Source of the DNA: an uncultured Gammaproteobacteria bacterium
GTDB taxonomy: Bacteria > Patescibacteriota > Microgenomatia > 2-02-FULL-39-11
Assembly: GCA_964362665.1 (NCBI GenBank)
Contig: CAYIFB010000001.1
Coordinates: 48,308 to 112,307 of the forward strand
Reading direction: 5' to 3'
DNA length: 64,000 bases
Part shown: positions 9,849 to 18,733 of the stretch, piece by piece
Layout: each line of letters starts with the position of its first letter
Numbering within the stretch: the stretch's first letter is position 1
Notes under the pieces: model-generated
The model's input: only the letters and a program-made list of their open reading frames with translations
Told to the model about the DNA's origin: nothing
Database searches by the model: none
Made by a program: the position numbers and the translations under genes

Positions 9849-10565
9849 TTATTTCGAGACCTTTTTTTTGCCAAGTACTGCTGCATTTTTACGATAAAAT
9901 TGTTTCAAGTGATCGAGGGTGAGAGGTATAATCATTTTTGGCAGTTCCTTAAAAGTTTCGACAGTAAGATAGTCTGCAGATAGTATCCATTGGTTCGTTT
10001 CAAGCCGGAATTTAATTCTGCACCCTTCCATCAGATCCCAGACAGTAAATTTTTTCAGTAAAAAATAATAATCAACAAAATCTTTTACTGTTGCTCGTTG
10101 TTGAATAGTTGCAAATTTATTAATCGCGATATCAAGTAAACTATCAATAGCAAGTCCATTATAATCAATACCTTTCTCAACACGTTTTCCATAGTATTTA
10201 GAAAAATCGACTTTTAATTCGTATTGCGGAGAGAATCGCAGCAAACATTGATATAAAGAATCAAATGGAGATTTAACTTTAAATGTAAAATGATGCTTTT
10301 CACCTTGTTTTATTAACCACTGGAAAATAAATGGAATATCCAATGGTTCTTCTGTGAAGAAATCAAGATCTTCTGAATAGCGGTGATGAAGATAAAATGC
10401 ACTTAACGCAGTTCCTCCGGTAAAATAAAATTTTTTCCGGAAATACCCATCTCTGCTTACTTCATCCAATATGTTTTTTTGATATTTGGTGAGGATTTGT
10501 ACTTTCCCCATATTAAAAGTTCCAATAATAGTTTGCACATAGGAAATAGATGAAGTTTGCCCCAA
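9849..10565 (-). CDS. Nucleotidyltransferase, AbiEii/AbiGii-toxin-like (DUF1814-type). The real start is probably the internal ATG at 10511.
   Basis: Motif FYFTGGTALSAFYLHHRYSEDLDFF (GGTAL…DLD nucleotidyltransferase signature). Paralog of the 33343-33990 gene. Confidence 0.6.
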   Translation of the reverse strand: MGQTSSISYVQTIIGTFNMGKVQILTKYQKNILDEVSRDGYFRKKFYFTGGTALSAFYLHHRYSEDLDFFTEEPLDIPFIFQWLIKQGEKHHFTFKVKSPFDSLYQCLLRFSPQYELKVDFSKYYGKRVEKGIDYNGLAIDSLLDIAINKFATIQQRATVKDFVDYYFLLKKFTVWDLMEGCRIKFRLETNQWILSADYLTVETFKELPKMIIPLTLDHLKQFYRKNAAVLGKKKVSK

Positions 10566-10741
10566 TTTTTTTTAACCTTAGATAAGGAAATTTTCTCTCC
10601 CTTATCCGGGCCATAGTTTATCATCCTTTCCAGGATAAGCAGTCGGCCGCTGGCTGTCTTTTTCAGCTCCTTTATATCGTAATCCCAGATTAGTGCCATA
10701 TAGTGAAATTGTATCAGAGATGTGCTGTTTTGACAACTCAA
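10457..10741 (-). CDS. Small partner protein of the nucleotidyltransferase module (putative antitoxin-like). The likely start is the internal ATG at ~10699.
   Basis: Homologous to the 33149-33412 ORF (LIWDYDIKELKK / LNWNVDEKRFIK; RMINYG / QLINYG; KVKKNWGKL / EVKKAWPMI; LLELLIWGKY / LIEYILWEKLY). Overlaps the downstream nucleotidyltransferase gene in a different frame. Confidence 0.5.
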   Translation of the reverse strand: MSCQNSTSLIQFHYMALIWDYDIKELKKTASGRLLILERMINYGPDKGEKISLSKVKKNWGKLHLFPMCKLLLELLIWGKYKSSPNIKKTYWMK

Positions 10742-10785
10742 ATAATCTAACTTAATCTTCTACCTTGTAGAAGTTTAAAATGTTT

Positions 10786-10887
10786 CTATATCGAGTATAC
10801 CGTCAGCCAGGCAGGGGCAGGGACAGGCCCCAAGGATACATCAAGCCTGAATTACCAGACCACGGTTTCTCTGAGGAATTATCAGTA
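10786..10887 (+). repeat. Right copy of the 102-bp direct repeat. It encodes an orphan pilin C-terminal fragment (…YIEYTVSQAGAGTGPKDTSSLNYQTTVSLRNYQ*).
   Basis: Perfect identity to 9744-9845. Confidence 0.9.
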
Positions 10888-10935
10888 AATAGTCCGATTT
10901 GATTAAATAATCAAAGTATAATATACTATAGGCTT

Positions 10936-13900
10936 ATGCCTATAGAAACGGGTGTAAGTTTTGCGTTAAAGTCACTGGAAAGCCGTGAAGGGAGATCTAT
11001 CACAGCTGATGCCGTGTTAGCAGAGAAAAACCGCCTACTAAAGGTAGAAGGGGTAAATCCAGATTATCGAGGTGAAATACAAAGTGATAATGGTGAATAT
11101 TCATTTACAGATCCTCAGAAAATTACAGAAACTATCGAAGATTTAGTTTCTACTATTAATGCATATTCTAAGATATACCGCGATAATCATTCAAGAACAT
11201 CATTCGTCAGATTAAATGCCGCAGTAGTTGCCTTGGCTGAGATTCGGATTCTCGGACCAAAAACCCTCTACAGCTCTCAAAAACAACAGGAGGAAGGACA
11301 AGTCCGGAGCGTAGGAATCCAGAAAGAACAGGTTGAAGCCGCATTGGCAATTAAATCAATGGACTCAGCAGAAGTTCCAAGTTCTCAAGGTAAAAGCAAT
11401 ACCGATATTCCGATCGCCGCCGTCGCGCGCGCCTGCCTAACAGGAGAACGGGTCCATATTATGGTTCGTGATCCGCAGGCGAAAAGAAGAGACGCTGATA
11501 ATTTGAGGCGGCTGACGTCAGCTTTGAATTTCAATCTTGGAGTGATAGACAGGTCAGAACAAAATGCACAGCCAAAAAAAAGAATAAAAGAATTGGTATT
11601 TATGAGTGATGTGATAGATTTTGCCGCAGGTCTCAGCCAGAGTGAAAAGGAAGAATTCAAAAGACAGCGAAGGAAAGAAATAGATCAGCTGATAAAAGAA
11701 GTTAATTTTTCGCTCATGGCTGACGAGGATCAATCACCAGTTATAGTCGATGATAAAGCTCAACAAGATCCTGATATCATTATCGGCGATGACAAAGATT
11801 TTGTGTTCACCTCGATGACAGATAAACGTAAATTCGTCTGGGGTGAGAAAAAGACATGCGTGATTTGCGATGAAGGTGATCTTCCTTGGACTAAGGGAAG
11901 CAGCTATGAACAGGAGGATGAGGGTTTGTCTCCCCTTTCAGGATATCTGCCCGAATGGATTACATCCTGTGTGGTTGATGAGGTTTGTACTACCATGAGG
12001 AAGGACGGAAAAATCACTTCTGATGCCAATAATCAGCTTGATTTTGTCGATACTCTTGGCGACGAAACTTTGACAGAATATGAAAAACAGGTCAGACTCA
12101 GATTGGAGCTAGTTGCGAAAGACGGCACATTACAGAATCGCTACATGCAAATTTTAAGGAATAAAATAGCGGGTGAGTTTGAAGGGTTGATGAAAACAAT
12201 TCCTGTCCAAAAATACTCTAAAAAGCTTCGGGAAAGAAAGGCAAAATATTTTTTTACCTATGACAGCATGAGAAAACTTGTCAAAAAATACACCTATCAG
12301 GACGTATCAGCCCCAGCCGAATCTGAAAAATTGGATATTCTCCATCCTGCCGACCCCATCGCTTTTTATGATCATGCCTGGTTGACCGCTCAAGAGCTAA
12401 CTACAGGGCAGAACTATTCCCGCACTAATCAGGAAATTGTCATTATTGATCAGGAGACCGGACATCCCCTGCCCACCCATCAGTATTCCGGTTTGGTGGA
12501 TATGGCTGTCGATGTGAAGGAAGGAATCTGCAGTCTCAGATCCAGAACAGATGCTATCCGTGACAGGACAGGTTTTCAGATGTTTTTGCAGAGGAATTAC
12601 GGTAAAAGGCGTATATCTCTCGTTTCAGCTACTCTTGACCATATCCGCGATGAAGTGCAAGAATTTACGGGCGGAAAAGTGATAGATGTCGGTTATTGGA
12701 TAGGCCGTGAAATGTCGATTCCCCGGGTTGAAATATCAGAAGATTTTGGAATGGCCAGAAATAGATTACTGGAACTCATTCAGGAAGCTTCAATAGCTGG
12801 AAGACCGGTGGAAATTGTCTGTGACGATGATGAAGAGTTGGGAGTTTTAAAACAATTTTTTGAAGAATGGAATAACGAAGCAGAAAAATATCATGTAAAT
12901 GTAGTTACATCAAGAAGCGGTTTAGATCATGAAGAAATAGTGTTCGGTCTGGCTGGACAGCTAAACACCCTTACTTTAACTAATCCCCGCGGGGGCAGGA
13001 TGGTTGATATCAAGTCCTCCCCGGAAACCAATAATGCAGGCGGATTACTGTTGATTGTCTGGGGAGCTCTTAAAAATAAGGCGGTATTAAAGCAGGTATT
13101 AGCCCGTACTGCCAGAACTGGAGCTCCGGGAGAATCCCGCTGGATGGTTTATAAATATGGTGGAAAAGCGGCTCTGGAAAATAATCACACCGTGAAAAGG
13201 TACCCGAAAAACATTGAAGCATTAGCGTTACTACAAGATGGTCAAAGGTTGGATTATGACTATAGTTTGCTGGAGAGCATCCATCAGCGGAATAATCTGG
13301 AAGGCCAGACCTTGAGGCTTTTAACCTATGCTTATGATGAATTGAGATTCTCCATGTATAGTGAGGCCCGTCAGAGCCTAGAGCAAGCGATCGGAGACAT
13401 TGCTACACCGGGTTATATCAATGAATATATTAAAATAAGGTGGAACGATATGATAGATTTTATCGCCGATGATTACATTTCACGCTTATCAAGATACAGG
13501 ATGGACTCTATCGGTGATTTGTCAGTTGCCCGGGGATTGGTGATGGGTGAAACTATTCTGAGGCGGATGGCCGATAATTATTCAGGCATAGTATCGATTG
13601 ATACCAAAGATCTATATATCCGACACCCTGTAAGCGGTCGCGATCATTTAATTTCCACAAGCCACCGAAAGCGTTTATTACCGGATAGAGCCACTTTTTT
13701 AAGGTTTAAAGATGTTAGTGTTGTTGATACATCCGGACAGACACATTTCTTGGGAGAAATGCCTCAAGAAGACTCCGATACGAGTATTAGCGCTGGTATA
13801 TATTTTCCACAAAGTCCGCATAAGCTTTATATCCTGACAAGATCAGTAAAGCCTCTTTCCGGCTCGCAGGCCAAAGCAAGTTCTCGCGCTGGATACAGTC

Positions 13901-14070
13901 TAAGAGTTATGTCTTTTGACGACAAAGACCGGTTTGATGGAGACAAAGTTTTCACTGTTTCAGAGTCAGACATAGAGGAATTATTAGGGCATGCTTTCTA
14001 TCCACAAGATGCTCTCAAACAAAAAGCATTATTTAGCCAACTCAGGAAAGAGGGTTTACTTCCTGCTTGA
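10936..14070 (+). CDS. Highly divergent SecA-family paralog (SecA-like DEAD-motor fold) with apparently degenerate ATPase motifs
   Basis: By-eye alignment to SecA across several blocks: [21 protein letters not shown] aligns with [53 protein letters not shown] aligns with [40 protein letters not shown]…EF aligns with LAGMTGTA…EEF. [14 protein letters not shown]…[14 protein letters not shown] aligns with GRPVLVGT…[48 protein letters not shown] aligns with [35 protein letters not shown]. The Walker A region reads SSQGKS and the DEVD-box region reads FMSD. GC content is higher than in flanking DNA. Confidence 0.5.
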   Translation: [1044 protein letters not shown]

Positions 14071-14151
14071 CAAATTTATAGAAAAAATCTATGTTATTAA
14101 TTAATACTATAGAGACTTTACAAAAGACCTATAGCATGATATAATATATAA

Positions 14152-16449
14152 ATGGTAATACATGAAGCTGTTCAAGCAAGTATTACTCCAGTAACCAGAG
14201 ATATACTGATCGGTCCGATTAATCCGTCAGGAATTGCCTCAATTTCAGCTCCAAACTTACTTCTCAATTCACACGCACATGAGTCTCACAGACTCGATTC
14301 TCCTTTAAATCCCAATGGCATTGTTTTTGAAGGTTCTCAAACTAGATATGAAGAATTAAGAGGTGCAGTATCCGAAGTCCTTAGAGATATAGGCATCAGA
14401 GATGTGAAAGACAGGGAAGAGATGCTTCGAAGCTTTGACAGATTACACGAGGGAGAAGAAAAAGCTGTTGCAGACTTTCAGGCAGTACTTGGTGATTTTC
14501 AAGACGGGATAGTGGATCCTATTCTGGAGGGGCTAAAAGACGTTGCTGCATTTATTGACAAAGAGGCTCCCATAATACTTAGTCTTACAGGATTAAGTAT
14601 TGGAGCGTCAATGGCAGGATATTTAGCGGTCGATTATCTTAGAAGAAGGCATGATCATATCATCAAAAGATATCCTCAAGCTAGAAAAGCATTATCTCAT
14701 GTCAGAGGTAATTCTGTTTCTTTGCAACGATTAGCTGTGCTAACAGCATCATTTAGCGGACTATTAGCAGGATGCACTACTGGTATGGTTGTTGTAACAG
14801 CCAGCCAAACTGCGCCGGCGCCGGATGGTTCATCACCATCTCCCGCTCCGGTATCACCGGATAGGACTCTTACCCCGGCTTCAAACGCAACAGTAACCGC
14901 TCCGGACGCTACTCATACTCCCGAGCCTGCTCCTAATATTCCGCCACCGGAAGGGTACCAGCCTGACAGAATTTTGGGATCACAACAGATAGGTGAACCG
15001 TATACAGAAAACGGAGAATTTACCGATTCTGCAGAAAACTCTATCACCCTAGGACATAAATTTTCTGCACAGGATATAAGAGATATTATAAATAGCAAAG
15101 CTCCAAAGTATGGACTTGATGCAGTAACAGCAGAAAGCGTGTTGTCCGATATGGATTTTGCTCTAAACCACTCTTCAGCAGGCGGCCCGGACAGAGAGGT
15201 ATCTTTCGTCTTAAATACTACAAAGGACGAACAGGGTAATCCCCAATCAAAAGGATTCATTATTCTTACCTCAAATAACGGAAATAAAATGTGGATAGCA
15301 AAAGATTCAGCATTAGGAAGATTAAACCTCCAACCTAGCGTCACCTATGGATTGCAGGAATTCAGTTTTGGAAACTGGGTTGGCGGCGAGATTCCAGATA
15401 AAAAAAATACAGTTATCACAGAAATAGATTTAACTCCGTTTGGAGGAATAGGTAATGTAGATTTTGTATTCCAGAATGGAGAACTTTTTGCTTATATGGT
15501 TGTTCAAAACCAGACAAAGGGCGGATTAGTTATTTCCAATGTCTTTGATGCCCGAGAAACTGACCTAACAACACAGTGGAAATTTTTAGAATCATCCACA
15601 CCGGTTCCTGACCCAACGGTTGAACCTACTCCGACGGAAACACCCACTCCAACTCCTGAGCCAACACTACAGCATTTCTCTAACTCTCGATATATTAATG
15701 TTGCCAGTATTTCAAATCAAGTTTTTCAGCTCGATGCATATCCAAATTGGCTACAACAGGGAGATTACGTTTACTCCCATAGTATTGACGTCGGTTCTGA
15801 AACTATTGTTGAGCGTCTAAGTAGCTATCCCGGATTCGAAGGGGCTGTGGTTCATACAGTTGTAAATGGTCCTCCAAAAGGTGAAGGAAATCAACATGCA
15901 TTTATACTTGTTGAGCGTCTTAAAAATGCTCAGATAATCGGAGCTTGGGCAATCGAGAAATCATTTGAAGTCATAACAGCACCCCCAAAATTAATACATT
16001 CCGGGTTAGGTTCAAAGGATTATCCCGAAAATCCAATCGCGATGTTGTCCTCACTTGGAATGCACCTTCCAGATTATGAGTTTAGAGTGGTAGGAGGTAC
16101 TCGACTAATTTCAAATGGAGATGGAAACTACTATGTTGCGTTGTATAGAGTTAACCGCGATCAGTCAAACATAAGTGATCCTAGAAAAGTTCAAATAAAA
16201 ATTGGCGAAAAATACGGTTTACGTGAGGAGTTAATTTACGACGAACAAAACGCAAATAAACCAACAATACGATCTTTTCTCATTACATTCGATGGTAATG
16301 GTAATAAAACATATACGTTTATTGGTCAACTTCCATTAAGTGATGACATTATTGAAATTAAAGGTGACATGTCCTGGTTGGGTGCGTACACAGGTTATTA
16401 TACAAAAGGTCTTGAGGTTGTTGAAGGTGAATTAGAGATACTTAGGTAA
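14152..16449 (+). CDS. Membrane/surface protein: ~200-aa N-terminal region, one TM helix (with a lipobox-like LAGC), a Pro/Thr/Ser-rich linker and a large C-terminal beta-rich extracytoplasmic domain
   Basis: Hydrophobic segment LAVLTASFSGLLAGCTTGMVVVTA. Linker APAPDGSSPSPAPVSPDRTLTPASNATVTAPDATHTPEPAPNIPPPEGYQ. A second [23 protein letters not shown] linker. Same higher-GC composition as the SecA-like gene. Confidence 0.4.
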   Translation: MVIHEAVQASITPVTRDILIGPINPSGIASISAPNLLLNSHAHESHRLDSPLNPNGIVFEGSQTRYEELRGAVSEVLRDIGIRDVKDREEMLRSFDRLHEGEEKAVADFQAVLGDFQDGIVDPILEGLKDVAAFIDKEAPIILSLTGLSIGASMAGYLAVDYLRRRHDHIIKRYPQARKALSHVRGNSVSLQRLAVLTASFSGLLAGCTTGMVVVTASQTAPAPDGSSPSPAPVSPDRTLTPASNATVTAPDATHTPEPAPNIPPPEGYQPDRILGSQQIGEPYTENGEFTDSAENSITLGHKFSAQDIRDIINSKAPKYGLDAVTAESVLSDMDFALNHSSAGGPDREVSFVLNTTKDEQGNPQSKGFIILTSNNGNKMWIAKDSALGRLNLQPSVTYGLQEFSFGNWVGGEIPDKKNTVITEIDLTPFGGIGNVDFVFQNGELFAYMVVQNQTKGGLVISNVFDARETDLTTQWKFLESSTPVPDPTVEPTPTETPTPTPEPTLQHFSNSRYINVASISNQVFQLDAYPNWLQQGDYVYSHSIDVGSETIVERLSSYPGFEGAVVHTVVNGPPKGEGNQHAFILVERLKNAQIIGAWAIEKSFEVITAPPKLIHSGLGSKDYPENPIAMLSSLGMHLPDYEFRVVGGTRLISNGDGNYYVALYRVNRDQSNISDPRKVQIKIGEKYGLREELIYDEQNANKPTIRSFLITFDGNGNKTYTFIGQLPLSDDIIEIKGDMSWLGAYTGYYTKGLEVVEGELEILR

Positions 16450-16463
16450 TAAAGTGATTAGAT

Positions 16464-17528
16464 TTAATAACCAATAAAATGAAATAATTTTCTTGAAAAT
16501 GTATTGTAACCGAATTTCTTTGAATATCTGTACAGCGTGTTATGATCAAATGATGTTTTGAGAAGTATATTGATAGCATGTGAAAGAGCCTTAGTTGAAT
16601 ACTCATAGAAAAAAACTCCCGTTTTTGATGGAATAATGGTTTCTTTTAATCCTCCACTATAATGAGCGATCACTGGTATTCCGTGTGCCATCGCTTCAAT
16701 TGGTGCTATTCCGAAGTCTTCATTTTTTGCAGTCATTATAAATGCATAAGATGATGAATATAACTTATCAAGATCGGATTCAGGAACAAATCCTATAAAT
16801 TCTACATATTTGTTAGTATACTGATATAATTCTTTTAAATATGCTTTATCAATTCCCTTCCCGGCTATTTTTAAAAATATCTTCATTTTTGTAGCCGCAT
16901 GTATTGCTAGTTCTAGACCTTTTGTTCTGTCTAATCTTGAAACGATAAGAAAATATTTTGGTATACTTTTTATAATAATATTCTTTGGAATTCTAACTGG
17001 CGGATAAATAACAGTGGATTGGACTAAACATTTTTTAAATAGTATTTGTTGAGTATAACAAGAGTTGGCAACAATGTTTGTATTACCTTGAGTCGATGAT
17101 ATATAGAACTTTCTAAGGTAATTCGTATACGGTATATATTTTTGTAATCGTTTCTGAGGAGATAATCCAAAGATATTTTTCGGGATGCTGTGAATATACT
17201 GTATATGTTTGGGTCTTACAACTTTAATTGAATTTGAAAATAACGCGGAAGAACTTGATATGACGATATCATATTTCTCAAATGAATACTGTTTCCAAAT
17301 GAATGGAGAAATCATCTGAATTATCGACGTTTTACTCCTTGATAAAAATGGAAAAGGGAAAGTATGAATTCTATTTCGAGGAAAGTTAGAAAAAAACATA
17401 TTTAAAATAGAGTTATCTGCAAATGAGGTGTACAAATCAGCATTTGGATACATTTTAAGAAGAGATTGAAGCACTCGTTCAGCTCCACCAAATTCCAAAA
17501 GAGAATCATGAATAATAGCGCATTTCAT
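16464..17528 (-). CDS. Glycosyltransferase family 4 (GT-B, 'glycosyl transferase group 1')
   Basis: C-terminal motif EDFGIAPIEAMAHGIPVIAHYSGGLKETI. Confidence 0.75.
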   Translation of the reverse strand: MKCAIIHDSLLEFGGAERVLQSLLKMYPNADLYTSFADNSILNMFFSNFPRNRIHTFPFPFLSRSKTSIIQMISPFIWKQYSFEKYDIVISSSSALFSNSIKVVRPKHIQYIHSIPKNIFGLSPQKRLQKYIPYTNYLRKFYISSTQGNTNIVANSCYTQQILFKKCLVQSTVIYPPVRIPKNIIIKSIPKYFLIVSRLDRTKGLELAIHAATKMKIFLKIAGKGIDKAYLKELYQYTNKYVEFIGFVPESDLDKLYSSSYAFIMTAKNEDFGIAPIEAMAHGIPVIAHYSGGLKETIIPSKTGVFFYEYSTKALSHAINILLKTSFDHNTLYRYSKKFGYNTFSRKLFHFIGY

Positions 17529-17530
17529 CT

Positions 17531-18733
17531 TTAATTCAAAATCTGTTGCAATTTATTCTGTGTAGAGGATTCTAAGAAATGTTTTTCTAAGTATGCTAGT
17601 GAATTTTTTATAAGACTTTTTTGGAGATCTTTGTTTATAAGTAATTCCTGAATTTTTTCAGCAAATTCATATGCATTGTTTGCAATAAGAATTTCACGAT
17701 CATTATAAACTTTTAATCCCTCCAAGCCTTCTAAAGTTGATATGATGGGAATTTTGTGCGTCATAGCTTCGAGTATTTTCATTCGGATACCAGCTGAAAA
17801 TCTGATGGGGACAATGAATATTGAGGCCGATTTCCAGAATTTTTCTATATTATTTTTGTAGCCATGAAAAGTTACATTATGTAAATAGGTAAAATGCATG
17901 TCTTTTGATTTTTCACCTACAATTGAAATTTGAAAATTAATGTTTTTCTTAAGTAGAAGAGGATAAACGTTTTTGAGAAACCAGTATATTCCGTCTTTAT
18001 TTGGATGCCAATAAAGAGTTCCAACGAAGAGTATATTATTTGTTTTTCGTCGATCTGGTTTTCTTTGATGGGTTTTATGATAAATATAGGGTAGGTAAAC
18101 AAAAGGAGATAATTTATTATCAATTTGTTTGATTCTTTTTTTATTCTCTTCTGAAATTGCAATTATTTTATCGAATTTGGAAAATATTTTTTTTTCGTAG
18201 AATTTATATTTTATCCACTCATTAATAGCAAATAGTTTCCATATCAATGAATTATTATACAAAAACACTTTGTTGTATATCTGGCTATCAATATCTGCTA
18301 AAAAAAGAACTTTTAGTGCTTTTAAATTGGAAGGTAAATATTGTGTCATTGATAATTTGTCTATCCATATACAATCGATATTCTCTTTCTTAATGGTATC
18401 AATAATGTATTTACTCATACTTTTATTATAAAATTTACTTACTGAAAATGGTTTTTGGGAAAAGAGATTCATTAATAAATTAAATATTTTATTTATTTCC
18501 TCCAGGGTTGATTTTTTTGGGGATATAAGTGGGTTCACAATTGTTTTACCAATTCTGCACCCCATTATTTCTAAATACTTCTCAAATTTAAGTTTTTTCT
18601 CTGAATCGACAAAAGAAAATAAAATAATATTATGGTTAAGTTTTAATAATGTCGGTATAATAGCGTTATTATAAATATTACCTCCTGAATCTAATGGATA
18701 TGGAAGTGTTTGCGTAAGAAAAATAATATTCAT
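17531..18733 (-). CDS. Glycosyltransferase family 4
   Basis: GIRMKILEAMTHKIPIISTLEGLEGL motif. N-terminal GT4-type domain. Confidence 0.7.
   Translation of the reverse strand: MNIIFLTQTLPYPLDSGGNIYNNAIIPTLLKLNHNIILFSFVDSEKKLKFEKYLEIMGCRIGKTIVNPLISPKKSTLEEINKIFNLLMNLFSQKPFSVSKFYNKSMSKYIIDTIKKENIDCIWIDKLSMTQYLPSNLKALKVLFLADIDSQIYNKVFLYNNSLIWKLFAINEWIKYKFYEKKIFSKFDKIIAISEENKKRIKQIDNKLSPFVYLPYIYHKTHQRKPDRRKTNNILFVGTLYWHPNKDGIYWFLKNVYPLLLKKNINFQISIVGEKSKDMHFTYLHNVTFHGYKNNIEKFWKSASIFIVPIRFSAGIRMKILEAMTHKIPIISTLEGLEGLKVYNDREILIANNAYEFAEKIQELLINKDLQKSLIKNSLAYLEKHFLESSTQNKLQQILN

Noticed and set aside
9846-10785. IS element or transposon carrying the toxin-antitoxin-like module
   Set aside because: There is no transposase or integrase ORF and there are no terminal inverted repeats. 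The 102-bp flanking direct repeat is far longer than a target-site duplication and is better explained by homologous or site-specific recombination.
10936-14070. Calling this the housekeeping secA
   Set aside because: Motor motifs appear degenerate and there is a large deletion before the DEAD box. Composition is atypical. A bona fide SecA is among the most conserved bacterial proteins, so the real secA is presumably elsewhere.
514-15344. Nested or antisense short ORFs from the track (e.g. 514-711, 787-969, 5686-5973, 6185-6445, 11385-11660, 14913-15344 and similar ones throughout)
   Set aside because: They lie inside, or antisense to, well-supported longer genes. They lack motifs and coupling signals. 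I treat them as spurious.
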